Notes: generated by a model from the letters alone, not told the origin. A DNA stretch of 61,612 nt from an uncultured Rhodanobacteraceae bacterium (GCA_964570295.1 CAZMXV010000001.1:1-61612), one strand, 5' to 3'. Positions 48,047-57,674 are shown, counted from the first letter of the stretch. Program-made: numbers and translations.

Positions 48047-48255
48047 GTAGGGTGGGCCAAGGCCTCATGGCACTTACTTAACTACCGTTCGTCCTGAGCG
48101 TAGGCCGCAGGCCGAAGTCGAAGGACATGTCGGACACGCCGTGATCATGCAGGCTGCGCTTCGACTTCGCCCGCTGCGCGGACTACGCTCAGCGCGAACG
48201 GTCGGGGGCGAAGAAGCGCCTTAAGTAAGTGCCATGAGGCCTTGGCCCACCCTAC
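48047..48255. repeat. Nested palindromic element: 35-bp perfect outer IR enclosing a second, imperfect REP-like IR pair (REPIN/MITE-like)
   Basis: GTAGGGTGGGCCAAGGCCTCATGGCACTTACTTAA at 48047-48081 and its exact reverse complement at 48221-48255; inner arms at 48084-48123 and 48159-48202. Confidence 0.9.
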
Positions 48256-48260
48256 GCGAT

Positions 48261-49517
48261 TCATTCCTCGTTTCCGGCCTTTAATGCATCGACCAGTTCG
48301 TCGTCGCGCGGGGGAGCGGCGGGTACGCGCAGGTAGAAGATGGCCAGCGCGAGCAGCATAAGCAGACCCGTGAGCACGAAGGTGACGCCGGAAAAGTGGT
48401 GCCGGGCTCCCCATGCCAGCGATTGCGAGGCCATCAGTGGCCCCAGCACGGCGGCCACGGAATTCATGCTGCCGATGCCGCCCTGCAATGCACCCTGTCG
48501 GGAGGCGTCCACCATGCGCGAAAGAATGCCGCTGAGGGCCGGGTAGGCCAGCGCGCCGAGGGCGCCGACCAAAAAGAACGCGTACACCTGCCAGGCGTGC
48601 CAGGTGAATGCGTAGGCGAGCAGGCAAGCAGCGGCGGCCGCCAATCCCAGCATGGCGGCGCCGTGCTCGCCGAACCGCCGGACCACGCGGCCGGTGAGGC
48701 CCATCTGCACGATCACGCTGAGCAGGCCCACCCAAGCCAGGCTCCAGCCGATGTCCGTGGCATCCCAGTGGAAACGCATGGCCGTCCAGAACGCCCACAC
48801 CGACGGGTACACCGTGCTGGCGAGCTGCCACAGGAACCAGACCAGCAGCAGGGGCGCGGCGTTGCCGGCATGGAACAGCGGGCGGAAGGCGCCGATCACG
48901 TGTGCGTCGCGCAGGCGGAAAGGGCGGCGGTTTTCCGGTGCCAGTGTCTCGGGCAGGAACAGCAGCATGAGCACGGCGTTGATCATGGCCAGTATGCCGG
49001 CCGCGATGAACGGCGCACGCGGCCCCAGTCCGGCCACCAGTCCGCCCAGCGCCGGCCCGATGATGAAGCCGATGCCGAAGGCGGCGCCGAGCAGGCCGAA
49101 GGTGGCCGCACGTTTTTCCGGCGGCGTGACATCGGCGATCACGGCACCGGCCGGGCCGTATGTGGCGCCGGCGATACCGGCCACGGCGCGGCCGATGAAG
49201 AGCCAGATCAGGGTCGGTGCGGCTGCGGTCAGCGTGTAGTCGATGCTGAAGCCGATCATGGCCACGATCAGCACCGGCCGGCGACCGAAGCGGTCGCCCA
49301 GGTGCCCCATGACCGGGCCGGCGAAAAACTGCATCACCGCGAAGATGGCCAGCAGCCAGCCGGATACGCGCGTGGCCGCCTCCAGGTCGATGTGGCCCAG
49401 GTGCGTGATCAGCGCGGGCAGGACCGGCATCACGATGCCGAAGCCGATGACGTCGATGATGACGGCCATCAGCACGATGGGCAGGGCGCGGTGGCCGAAA
49501 CGCGGTTGCCGGGGCAT
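48261..49517 (-). CDS. TetA-like (DHA1/TCR) MFS efflux transporter
   Basis: IGFGIVMPVLP, GHLGDRFGRRPVL (motif A), GAAFGIGFIIGPALGG (motif C), QGALQG. Confidence 0.9.
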   Translation of the reverse strand: MPRQPRFGHRALPIVLMAVIIDVIGFGIVMPVLPALITHLGHIDLEAATRVSGWLLAIFAVMQFFAGPVMGHLGDRFGRRPVLIVAMIGFSIDYTLTAAAPTLIWLFIGRAVAGIAGATYGPAGAVIADVTPPEKRAATFGLLGAAFGIGFIIGPALGGLVAGLGPRAPFIAAGILAMINAVLMLLFLPETLAPENRRPFRLRDAHVIGAFRPLFHAGNAAPLLLVWFLWQLASTVYPSVWAFWTAMRFHWDATDIGWSLAWVGLLSVIVQMGLTGRVVRRFGEHGAAMLGLAAAAACLLAYAFTWHAWQVYAFFLVGALGALAYPALSGILSRMVDASRQGALQGGIGSMNSVAAVLGPLMASQSLAWGARHHFSGVTFVLTGLLMLLALAIFYLRVPAAPPRDDELVDALKAGNEE

Positions 49518-49614
49518 GGCGGGAACTCGTGGAGAACGGGGCAGGCCGCCTGCGCAAGCGCGGCGAGGCATGGTAACCGAGGCGCGACGGCTTGTCGGTT
49601 CCCGGCGTCGGTTG

Positions 49615-50688
49615 TCAGCCGAGTTCGCGCAGCGCGTCCGCCTGCTGCTCGCGGGCCAGCGCGTCGACCAGCTCGTCCAGATCGCCCTGCATGATTTCGC
49701 CGAGCCGGTACAGCGAAAGATTGATGCGGTGGTCGGTGACCAGGTTGTCCTTGTAGCGGTAGGTACGGATGCGCTGGCTGCGGTCGCCGGTGCCGACCTG
49801 CAGGCGGCGCGAGTCGGCTTCGGCGGCGGCCTGTTTTTCGCGTTCGGCCTCCAGCAACTGCGCCTTGAGGCGCTTCATCGCCTTGTCGCGGTTGGTGTGC
49901 TGCGAACGCTCGGTCTGGCATTCGACGACCATGCCGCTGGGCAGGTGGGTGATGCGGATGGCCGAGTCGGTCTTGTTGACGTGCTGGCCGCCGGCGCCGG
50001 AGGAGCGGAAGGTATCCACGCGCAGGTCGGCCGGGTTGATCTCGACGTCGTCGATGTCCCCGGTTTCGGGGATGATGGCAACGGTGGCGGTCGAGGTGTG
50101 GATGCGTCCCTGCGATTCGGTGACCGGCACGCGCTTTACGCAGTGGGTGCCCGATTCGAACTTGAGCCGCGACCAGGCGTTGTCGCCCTCCACGCGCACG
50201 ACCGCTTCCTTGTAGCCGCCGTGCTCGCCCGAATGCGCCGATTCGATCTCGGTGCGCCAGCCATGCTGCTCGGCGTAGCGCAAGTACATGCGCATGAGGT
50301 CCCCGGCGAAGATCGCCGCCTCGTCGCCGCCGCTGCCGGCGCGGACTTCCAGAAACAGGTTGGCGCCGTCGCGCGGATCCTTCGGCAGCAGCAGGATCTT
50401 CAGCTCCTCGTCGAGCTCGGCCAGGCGGGTTTCCAGCCGCGCAACGTCGGCGGCGGCCAGCTCGCCCAGTTCGGGTTCGTCGAGCATGCCGCGCGCGTCG
50501 TTCAATTCGCTGGTGGTGGATTGGTGCGCGTGCAGGACAGTCACGACAGGCTCCAGCTGGGCATATTCGCGCGACAGCTTGCGAAAGCGCGCGCCGTCGG
50601 CGGCCACGTCGGGCTGGGCCAGCAGCAGGCCGACTTCCTCGTGGCGTTCGGCAAGGGCTTCCAGTTTGCGGCGTACAGTGGGCGTCAT
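49615..50688 (-). CDS. prfA: Peptide chain release factor 1
   Basis: LEVRAG.GG.EA, PVT tripeptide, [14 protein letters not shown]; downstream of hemA. Confidence 0.95.
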   Translation of the reverse strand: MTPTVRRKLEALAERHEEVGLLLAQPDVAADGARFRKLSREYAQLEPVVTVLHAHQSTTSELNDARGMLDEPELGELAAADVARLETRLAELDEELKILLLPKDPRDGANLFLEVRAGSGGDEAAIFAGDLMRMYLRYAEQHGWRTEIESAHSGEHGGYKEAVVRVEGDNAWSRLKFESGTHCVKRVPVTESQGRIHTSTATVAIIPETGDIDDVEINPADLRVDTFRSSGAGGQHVNKTDSAIRITHLPSGMVVECQTERSQHTNRDKAMKRLKAQLLEAEREKQAAAEADSRRLQVGTGDRSQRIRTYRYKDNLVTDHRINLSLYRLGEIMQGDLDELVDALAREQQADALRELG

Positions 50689-50765
50689 GCGTGGATGCGG
50701 AGCTTGCGGTGAGGTTGGGGTGTGCGGGGGCAAGTGCGGAACTTGCGGCGAGACTGGGATGTACG

Positions 50766-50843
50766 GGGGGTCGGGTACACTTTCTGGCCCGACACCTTTT
50801 GTATCTGGCGAATAGCTCGCGCCAGAAAGTGTACCCGACCCCC
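50766..50843. repeat. 23-bp perfect inverted repeat element between hemA and prfA
   Basis: GGGGGTCGGGTACACTTTCTGGC ... GCCAGAAAGTGTACCCGACCCCC with a 32-bp spacer. Confidence 0.88.
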
Positions 50844-50856
50844 TGGCAAGCACGAG

Positions 50857-52125
50857 TCACTCGGAAGTCTTGTCGTGCTCCAACCCGTACAGCCGCTCGG
50901 CGGCATGCAGCAGCTCCACGTCGCCGGCCAGGGTGGCATCGCGCAGATGGGTGCTGGGGGCGTGCAGAAGCTTGTTGGTGAGGGTGTGGGCAAGGTAGTC
51001 CAGTGCTTCCGCCGGCGCCTTGCCGTTTTCCAGCATGCGCCGTGCCCGCGCCAGCACTTCGTCACGCTGCTCTCCGGCCTGGTCGCGCAGGGCGCGGATG
51101 GGGTTGTCCAGCGTCAGCGAGCGGCGCCAGGCCATGTAGCGTTCCACCTGCAGGTCGATGATGGCCTCGGCCTCGTGGGCGGCCGCCTTGCGCGAGCGCA
51201 GATTCTCGTCGATGACCTGGCGCAGGTCGTCGATGCCGTACAGGAAGACGTCCTGAAGCCCGCCCACGCCGGGATCGATGTCGCGCGGCACGGCGATGTC
51301 CACCATGAATACGGGTTTGCGCCGGCGCTGCGCGATGGCCGCCTCGACCATGGGCCGGGTGAGGACGGGCTGGCGCGCGGCGGTCGAGGAAATCACGATG
51401 TCGGCCTCGGCCAGGTGCCGGGGCAGATCCTCCAGGGAGATGGCATAGCCGCCGTGGCGGGTGGCCAGTTCCTGCGCGTTCTCCAGCGAGCGGTTGGCCA
51501 CGATCAGGCGGCGCACGTGCTTTTCAGCCAGATGGCGGGCCACCAGCTCGATGGTGTCGCCGGCGCCGATCAGCAGCACGCAGGCCTGGTTGAGGTCGGC
51601 AAACACCTGTTCGGCCAGGCGCACGGCGGTGAAGGCCACCGACACCGTGTGCGCGCCAATGCGCGTATCGGTGCGCACACGCTTGGCCACCGAGAAGGTA
51701 TGCTCCAGCAGCCGGTCCATGGGTGTGTCCAGGGTGTGCGCGTGGCGCGCGATCTGCCACGCCTCCTTTACCTGGCCCAGGATCTGCGGCTCGCCCAGCA
51801 CCATCGAGTCCAGGCCCGTGGCGACGCGGAACATGTGGCGCACGGCTTCGCCCTCGTTGTGCTGGTAGAGGAACGCATCCAGCTTGTCCGTGGTCAGATC
51901 ATGGTGGTGGTGAAGCCACTGGCGCGGGACATCCTCGGCGCCGCTGGCGACGCCGCAGTAGAGCTCCGTGCGGTTGCACGTGGACAGGATCATGGCTTCA
52001 CGGACACCGGGCTGGCGGGCGAGGTCGCCCACGGCAACCCCCACGTTGCCGGTGTCGAAAGCCACCTGTTCACGCAGACCGACAGGCGCAGTGAGATGAT
52101 TGAGCCCGAGGGCGATCAGTGGCAT
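50857..52125 (-). CDS. hemA: Glutamyl-tRNA reductase
   Basis: STCNRTE, GLDSMVLGEPQILGQVK, IGAG, DIAVPRD. Confidence 0.97.
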   Translation of the reverse strand: MPLIALGLNHLTAPVGLREQVAFDTGNVGVAVGDLARQPGVREAMILSTCNRTELYCGVASGAEDVPRQWLHHHHDLTTDKLDAFLYQHNEGEAVRHMFRVATGLDSMVLGEPQILGQVKEAWQIARHAHTLDTPMDRLLEHTFSVAKRVRTDTRIGAHTVSVAFTAVRLAEQVFADLNQACVLLIGAGDTIELVARHLAEKHVRRLIVANRSLENAQELATRHGGYAISLEDLPRHLAEADIVISSTAARQPVLTRPMVEAAIAQRRRKPVFMVDIAVPRDIDPGVGGLQDVFLYGIDDLRQVIDENLRSRKAAAHEAEAIIDLQVERYMAWRRSLTLDNPIRALRDQAGEQRDEVLARARRMLENGKAPAEALDYLAHTLTNKLLHAPSTHLRDATLAGDVELLHAAERLYGLEHDKTSE

Positions 52126-52270
52126 GGAACAGTAGGACGGCGTGCGGGACGGCGATAGACTTGGCCCGTCCGCGCCATCGGCACGAACGGGCCGTCGAGG
52201 CGCGGACAGGGCGCGCGAAATGAACGGACAAAGGCAAATTGTGCGTAGCAGAGACTTGAAATTCAAGCAT

Positions 52271-53995
52271 ATGCGGCATCACGGGGCAGCTCTGGCCACC
52301 CTTTCGCTGTTGCTGGCGGGGCTTGCCGGATGTGCGGGTGTGACAACAAGCCGCACGCCCACGACACCGGCTCCGCTCCAGCCGCTGGCGCATCTGACCG
52401 TGGCCACGCCGACCGCGGACCACGACGTGATGGCGCAATTGCTGGATGCCCAGTTCGCCCTCGATCACGGTGACCTGGCCACGGCGGCCGCCGCCTACGG
52501 CCGTGCCGCGGCCCTGTCGAACGATCCCGAGGTGGCCAAGCGGGCCACCGGCCTGGCCATCGCCACCCACGACAGCGCGGCGGCGAAAAATGCCCTGGCG
52601 CGTTGGCAGGTGCTCGGTGCCGCCCCCGCCGAGATGGCCCAGGCGCGCGCCAAGCTGGCCCTGGACAGCGGCGATACCGAGGGCGCGCGCCGGCAGCTCG
52701 AACTGCTGGTCGACAGCGACGACCCGGATGCCTGGCGCAAGTTCGGGCGCCTGCTGATGGGAGCCCGCGATACCGCCCAGGCCGGGCAGCTGTTGACGAC
52801 CATCGCCACGCCGCAGCGCCTGCCGGATGACGAAAAGGCCTGGCTGGCGATGAGTGAAATGGGCAGCAAGCTGCGTCAGCACGCCTACGCGCGCGATTTG
52901 GCCGAGGCGGCCATCGAGCGTTTCCACTGCGCGGACTGTTATGCCTGGGCCGCGCAGTTGCAGTACCGGGCCGGGCACCGCGACAAGGCGCGGGAGCTGT
53001 TCGACCACGCCTTGCGGAAGGACCCCGGCAACACGCGTCTGCGCCTCGGCTACGCCAGCCTGCTCGGCAAGGAGGGCGACAATGCCGGTGCCGCCAGGCT
53101 GTTGGCCCGGGGCCGGCAGGATGCCGTCACCTTCCAGGCCCGTGCGGCCTTCGCGGCCCGTGCCGAAGACATGCCGGAGCTGCGCCGCATCTACCGCCAG
53201 CTGACGCAGGCGCCGGATGCCGTGCGCGAGCAGAGTTTCTACCTGCTGGGCCAGCTGGCCGGCACCATCGGCAAGAAGGCCCAGGCCCTGGACTGGTTCG
53301 CGCAGGTGCCCGAGGACGACGAGCACCGTTTCGACGCCGACATGCATACGGCACTGCTGTTCCAGCAGCAGGGCGAATCCACGCGCGCCCACGCCATGGC
53401 GCGGCAGATGCAGATGGACTACGCCGATGCCCCCGGGCAGTTGAGCAAGGCGCTGCAACTGGATGCCGAGCTGTACATGAGCGAAGGTCACTTCGAGGAA
53501 GCGGCGGCCAGCTTCACGCGCGCGCTGAAGCAGGCACCGGACGACACGGCCCTGTTGTACGGGCGCGGTCTGGCCCAGGCCGAGGCCGGCAACGTGGACG
53601 CGGCCATCGCCGACCTGCGCCACCTGCTCGAACTCGACCCCCGCGACATTGACGCCGCCAACGCGCTCGGCTACACGCTGGCCGACACGGGACGCGACCT
53701 GGACGAGGCCACGCGTCTGCTCGAGCGTGCGCGCGAGGCGCGCCCGGACGATCCGGCCATTACCGATTCGTGGGGGTGGCTGCAGTACCGCCTTGGCCAC
53801 CTCGACGCGGCCGAGAAGGCCCTGCGCAAGGCATGGGAGGGCACCGGCAAGGATCCGGAGATCGGCCTGCACCTGGCCGAAGTACTGTGGAAGCAGGGGC
53901 ATGCCGACGAGGCGCGCGCGCTGCTCGAACAGGTGCGGGAAGTGGCCCCGGATGCCGCCGGCCTGAAGTCGCTCGAACGCAAGATGGTGCCCTGA
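52271..53995 (+). CDS. TPR-repeat lipoprotein (conserved upstream of lolB)
   Basis: Lipobox LAGC; NALGYTLAD and DSWGWLQYRLG TPR motifs; synteny. Confidence 0.9.
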   Translation: MRHHGAALATLSLLLAGLAGCAGVTTSRTPTTPAPLQPLAHLTVATPTADHDVMAQLLDAQFALDHGDLATAAAAYGRAAALSNDPEVAKRATGLAIATHDSAAAKNALARWQVLGAAPAEMAQARAKLALDSGDTEGARRQLELLVDSDDPDAWRKFGRLLMGARDTAQAGQLLTTIATPQRLPDDEKAWLAMSEMGSKLRQHAYARDLAEAAIERFHCADCYAWAAQLQYRAGHRDKARELFDHALRKDPGNTRLRLGYASLLGKEGDNAGAARLLARGRQDAVTFQARAAFAARAEDMPELRRIYRQLTQAPDAVREQSFYLLGQLAGTIGKKAQALDWFAQVPEDDEHRFDADMHTALLFQQQGESTRAHAMARQMQMDYADAPGQLSKALQLDAELYMSEGHFEEAAASFTRALKQAPDDTALLYGRGLAQAEAGNVDAAIADLRHLLELDPRDIDAANALGYTLADTGRDLDEATRLLERAREARPDDPAITDSWGWLQYRLGHLDAAEKALRKAWEGTGKDPEIGLHLAEVLWKQGHADEARALLEQVREVAPDAAGLKSLERKMVP

Positions 53996-54591
53996 TGCGC
54001 TGGCTGATACTGGCGCTGGCAATGGTGACCCTGTCCGCCTGTGCCCCGGTGCGCATCAAGGGCGACAGCGGCACGCTGGCCATGCAGGCCGCCCGCGAGC
54101 AGGCGCTGGCCACACGGGACCATTGGGTTCTTCGGGCCCACCTGGGAGTTTCCGACGGTCATGACGGCGGCAGCGGCACCCTGACCTGGGAAAGGGACGG
54201 CGACCGCTTCATCTTCACCGTAAGGGCCCCCATCACCGGGCGCAGCTTTCGCCTGAGCGGCGGGCCGGAGGGCGCCGTGCTGGAAGGCCTGGACCAGGGG
54301 CCGGTACGGGGGGCGGATGCCGGACGGCTGCTGGACCGCGTGCTGGGCTGGCATGTGCCGGTGGGGCCGCTGCACGACTGGGTGCGCGGCATGCGCGCGC
54401 CGGCCGGGGGCACGCCGGCCCTGTTGCGCTTCGGGGAGAACGGCTTGCCGTCACTGCTGAAGCAGGACGGGTGGACGGTCGAGTACCGCGACTGGTACGC
54501 CGACCGTGATCCGGCCCTCCCGCGCAAGGTCTACGCCACCCACGGCGACTACCGGGTGCGCCTGTCCATCCGGGACTGGACGATGCCATGA
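53995..54591 (+). CDS. lolB: Outer-membrane lipoprotein insertase LolB
   Basis: Lipobox LSAC; LGW.VP...L..WVRG, QDGWTVEY, LP.KV; lies between TPR and ispE. Confidence 0.92.
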   Translation: MRWLILALAMVTLSACAPVRIKGDSGTLAMQAAREQALATRDHWVLRAHLGVSDGHDGGSGTLTWERDGDRFIFTVRAPITGRSFRLSGGPEGAVLEGLDQGPVRGADAGRLLDRVLGWHVPVGPLHDWVRGMRAPAGGTPALLRFGENGLPSLLKQDGWTVEYRDWYADRDPALPRKVYATHGDYRVRLSIRDWTMP

Positions 54592-55475
54592 GCTGGAGCA
54601 CATGGCCGGCGCCGGCCAAGCTCAACCTTTTCCTGCGCATCACCGGCCGCCGCGATGACGGCTACCACCGCCTGCAGACCGTGTTCCGGCTGCTGGACTG
54701 GGGCGATACCGTACACCTTCGCCTGCGTCCGGACGGCCTGGTCCGGCGCGTGTCGGGCGCGCCCGGCGTGGACCCGGAAAACGATCTCGCGCTGCGCGCC
54801 GCGCGCCTGCTTGCTACGCGGGTCGGGGGCGAGGTGCCCGGCGTGGACATCGCCGTGGAAAAACGCATACCCATGGGCGGCGGGCTGGGCGGCGGCAGTT
54901 CGGATGCCGCCACCGTGCTGGTGGCCCTGGACCGCCTGTGGGGAACCGGCCTCGGCCGCGACGCGCTGGCCCGGCTGGGCCTGTCCCTGGGGGCCGACGT
55001 GCCGCTGTTCGTGCACGGGCGCACCGCCTGGGCCGAAGGCGTGGGCGAGCGCCTGACGCCGCTGTCACTGCCGCCGTCGAGCTATGTCATTGTGGATCCG
55101 CATGCGCACGTGTCCACGCAGGCGCTGTACCAGGCACCCGAATTGACACGCGATGCCCCGCCCGCGACAATTCGCGCCTTTCTCCGCGGTGAAGTGACAG
55201 GCAACGCCTTCGAGCCGGTGGTGCGGGCACGCAGCCCGGCCGTGGCTTCCGCGCTGGACTGGCTGGGCCGGTTCGGTGCCGCCGGGCTTTCCGGCAGTGG
55301 CGGTTGCGTGTTTCTGCCGACACCCTCGCGCGAAGCGGCGCAACGGATCGCGTCGGTCTGCCCGGGGCCGTTCACGGCCCGCGTGGCGGGTGGCGTGGAC
55401 GTGTCCGGCCTGGTCTCCGCGGTGGAGAAATTCGACACCAGCCACGATAATGCGGGGGTCGGTGCCGGACGATAA
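54588..55475 (+). CDS. ispE: 4-diphosphocytidyl-2-C-methyl-D-erythritol kinase
   Basis: [45 protein letters not shown]. Confidence 0.97.
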   Translation: MSWSTWPAPAKLNLFLRITGRRDDGYHRLQTVFRLLDWGDTVHLRLRPDGLVRRVSGAPGVDPENDLALRAARLLATRVGGEVPGVDIAVEKRIPMGGGLGGGSSDAATVLVALDRLWGTGLGRDALARLGLSLGADVPLFVHGRTAWAEGVGERLTPLSLPPSSYVIVDPHAHVSTQALYQAPELTRDAPPATIRAFLRGEVTGNAFEPVVRARSPAVASALDWLGRFGAAGLSGSGGCVFLPTPSREAAQRIASVCPGPFTARVAGGVDVSGLVSAVEKFDTSHDNAGVGAGR

Positions 55476-55491
55476 ACGGTCAGTTTCATGC

Positions 55492-55566
55492 TGGGGCGTC
55501 GCCAAGTGGTAAGGCACGGGGTTTTGATCCCCGCATGCGCAGGTTCGAATCCTGCCGCCCCAGCCA
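55492..55566 (+). tRNA. tRNA-Gln (anticodon TTG)
   Basis: TGGGGCG acceptor stem, CGGGG-TTTTGAT-CCCCG anticodon arm, GGTTCGAATCC T-arm, 3' CCA. Confidence 0.97.
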
Positions 55567-55648
55567 TTTCCTGACCATCGCGGGCCACTTTGCTGCTTGG
55601 TGTCAACCGGGTACGACCATGAGCGCAACACACGCACGGGGACTTGAT

Positions 55649-56605
55649 GTGGATACGGCAGGCTTGATGCTGTTCACGGGCAACGCCCATCACCGGCTTG
55701 CCGCGGATGTGGCGCATCAACTGGGCGTGCCCCTGGGCAAGGCCCAGGTGGGCCATTTCAGCGACGGCGAGACCCAGGTCGAGATCGAGGAGAACGTGCG
55801 CCGCCAGGAAGTGTTCGTGATCCAGCCCACGGGAGCGCCCAGCGCCGAGAACCTGATGGAACTGCTGGTGCTCACCGATGCCCTGAAGCGAGCCTCCGCC
55901 GTGTCCGTTACCGCGGTGATGCCGTATTTCGGCTACGCCCGCCAGGATCGCCGCCCGCGTTCCTCGCGCGTGCCGATCACGGCCAAACTGGCCGCGCGCA
56001 TGATCGGTGCCGCCGGCGTCGACCGCGTGCTCACCGTGGATCTGCATGCCGACCAGATCCAGGGTTTCTTCGACATCCCGGTCGACAACGTCTACGCCTC
56101 ACCCGTGCTGCTGGCCGACATCTGGCGTCGCCATTCCATGGAAGACCTGATCGTGGTCAGCCCGGACGTCGGCGGCGTGGTGCGCGCGCGCGCCATCGCC
56201 AAGCGCCTGGACGACGCCGACCTGGCCATCATCGACAAGCGTCGCCCCAAGGCCAACGTGGCCACGGTGATGAACATCATCGGCGACGTCGAGGGCAAGG
56301 ACTGCGTGCTGGTGGACGACATCGTCGACACCGCCGGCACCCTGTGCGCCGCGGCCGCCGCGCTGAAGGACAAGGGCGCCAAGTCGGTCGAGGCCTACTG
56401 CGTGCATCCGGTGCTGTCCGGCAAGGCCATGGACAACATCAACAACTCCGCGCTGGACGAGCTGGTGGTGACCGACACGCTGCCGCTGTCCGAGCCGGCC
56501 CGGGCCTGCGCCAAGATCCGCCAGCTGACCGTGGCCGAGCTGCTGGCCGAGACCATCCGGCGCATGGCGTTCGGCGAGTCGGTCAGTTCGCTGTACGTCG
56601 ACTAG
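55649..56605 (+). CDS. prs: Ribose-phosphate pyrophosphokinase
   Basis: [40 protein letters not shown]; start uncertain (55619, 55649 or 55667). Confidence 0.97.
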   Translation: MDTAGLMLFTGNAHHRLAADVAHQLGVPLGKAQVGHFSDGETQVEIEENVRRQEVFVIQPTGAPSAENLMELLVLTDALKRASAVSVTAVMPYFGYARQDRRPRSSRVPITAKLAARMIGAAGVDRVLTVDLHADQIQGFFDIPVDNVYASPVLLADIWRRHSMEDLIVVSPDVGGVVRARAIAKRLDDADLAIIDKRRPKANVATVMNIIGDVEGKDCVLVDDIVDTAGTLCAAAAALKDKGAKSVEAYCVHPVLSGKAMDNINNSALDELVVTDTLPLSEPARACAKIRQLTVAELLAETIRRMAFGESVSSLYVD

Positions 56606-56643
56606 CTAGACCAGCTAGGTGGACCAGCTAGGTGAGCTAGGTG
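56602..56643. repeat. Short tandem repeat rich in CTAG
   Basis: GACCAGCTAGGTG twice (56609-56634) plus AGCTAGGTG; five CTAG in 39 bp. Confidence 0.85.
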
Positions 56644-56732
56644 GGGACGGAGGGGATTAATTTTTTGTCCTGCAGGATTGCGGCAAGCATGCGGACACCC
56701 TGCACAACAAAAAATTAATCCCCTCCGTCCCC
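56643..56732. repeat. 26-bp perfect inverted repeat element between prs and rplY
   Basis: GGGGACGGAGGGGATTAATTTTTTGT ... ACAAAAAATTAATCCCCTCCGTCCCC with a 38-bp spacer. Confidence 0.9.
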
Positions 56733-56815
56733 GTTTGAGGCGGCATGGGTGTTATCATTGCCGGCTGTTTCACGCGCGCGATGCCCCTGGTGTCGCCCGC
56801 CGACCGGTTTTCATC

Positions 56816-56859
56816 GGCTTTCCTGGTCGCGGGAAAGCCATTTGCCGCCGCGAGGCGGT
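56816..56859 (+). promoter_or_regulatory. Probable L25 ribosomal-protein leader RNA structure
   Basis: Hairpin GGCTTTCC-TGGTCGCG-GGAAAGCC plus a GCCGCC-GCGA-GGCGGT GNRA hairpin just 5' of rplY. Confidence 0.6.
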
Positions 56860-56883
56860 CTCATCAACCAAGGTAGATCGACC

Positions 56884-57591
56884 ATGGCTTCCAATCACAA
56901 GATCACGGCCACCCGCCGTAGCGATGCAGGGAAAGGTGCGAGCCGCCGCCTGCGTCATGCGGGCCAGGTGCCGGCCATCCTCTACGGTGGCGAACTCGCG
57001 CCGCTGAACCTCCAGCTCGACCACGAGGACATCATCCTCGCGGCCAAGAACGAGTGGTTCTTCTCCTCGGTGCTGGACCTGGACATCGACGGCGAGATCC
57101 AGCCCGTGCTGGTGCGCGACTGGCAGATGCATCCGTACAAGCAGCACATGCTGCACCTGGACTTCTACCGCATCGACGAGTCGGCCGAAATCCGCGTCAA
57201 CGTGCCGCTGCACTTCCTCAACCAGGAAGATTCGCCGGCCGGCAAGGCCTCGGGCGTGGTCATCAGCCACAACCTGACCGAAGTGGAAGTGGCCTGCCTG
57301 TCCAAGGACCTGCCCGAGCACATCGACGTCGACCTGGCCACGCTGGAAGAGGGCGACCTCATCCACCTGTCCGATCTGGAGCTGCCCGAGGGCGTGACCC
57401 TGCCGGCCCTCAAGCTGGGCAAGGAATACGACCAGACCGTGGTCAGCGTGCATGCGGTCAAGGTCGAGGTCGAGGAGCCCGTCGAAGCCGAAGGCGAGGC
57501 CGAGGCCGGTGCCGAAGCCGGCAGCGAGGCCGCCGAGGGCGATGCCCCGGCAGCCGATGCGGCCGACGACGAGTCCAAGAAGGAAGACTGA
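56884..57591 (+). CDS. rplY: 50S ribosomal protein L25/general stress protein Ctc
   Basis: GKGASRRLR..G.VPAILYG, QMHPYK...HLDF.R, LPEHI.VD; acidic tail. Confidence 0.96.
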   Translation: MASNHKITATRRSDAGKGASRRLRHAGQVPAILYGGELAPLNLQLDHEDIILAAKNEWFFSSVLDLDIDGEIQPVLVRDWQMHPYKQHMLHLDFYRIDESAEIRVNVPLHFLNQEDSPAGKASGVVISHNLTEVEVACLSKDLPEHIDVDLATLEEGDLIHLSDLELPEGVTLPALKLGKEYDQTVVSVHAVKVEVEEPVEAEGEAEAGAEAGSEAAEGDAPAADAADDESKKED

Positions 57592-57674
57592 GCCATTTCC
57601 GTGGTCGCCGGCCTGCCGCGCGTGGCGGGCCGGTCGGCCGCTGACGGCCCGTCTCCCGCCTCCTTGCGCTCGTC

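Noticed and set aside
48047-48255. Possible CRISPR array or complete IS
   Set aside because: Repeats are inverted, not regularly spaced direct repeats; no cas or transposase gene, and no clear target-site duplication
48261-49517. Acquired tetracycline-resistance determinant
   Set aside because: No tetR or mobile genes nearby and host-like GC; best treated as an intrinsic DHA1 transporter
52255-52267. CTTGAA-A-TTCAAG palindrome or RpoH -35 upstream of the TPR gene
   Set aside because: Lies only 3 bp from the likely start codon, with no matching -10 element; too weak to call
55492-55566. tRNA as an integration site for an island or prophage
   Set aside because: No integrase and no duplicated tRNA 3' end seen; ispE-tRNA-Gln-prs synteny is intact
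56602-56643. Idea that stacked TAGs are backup stops compensating for the divergent RF1
   Set aside because: The extra TAGs are out of frame with prs, and another TAG-ending gene checked (ending 8251) has no nearby backup stop
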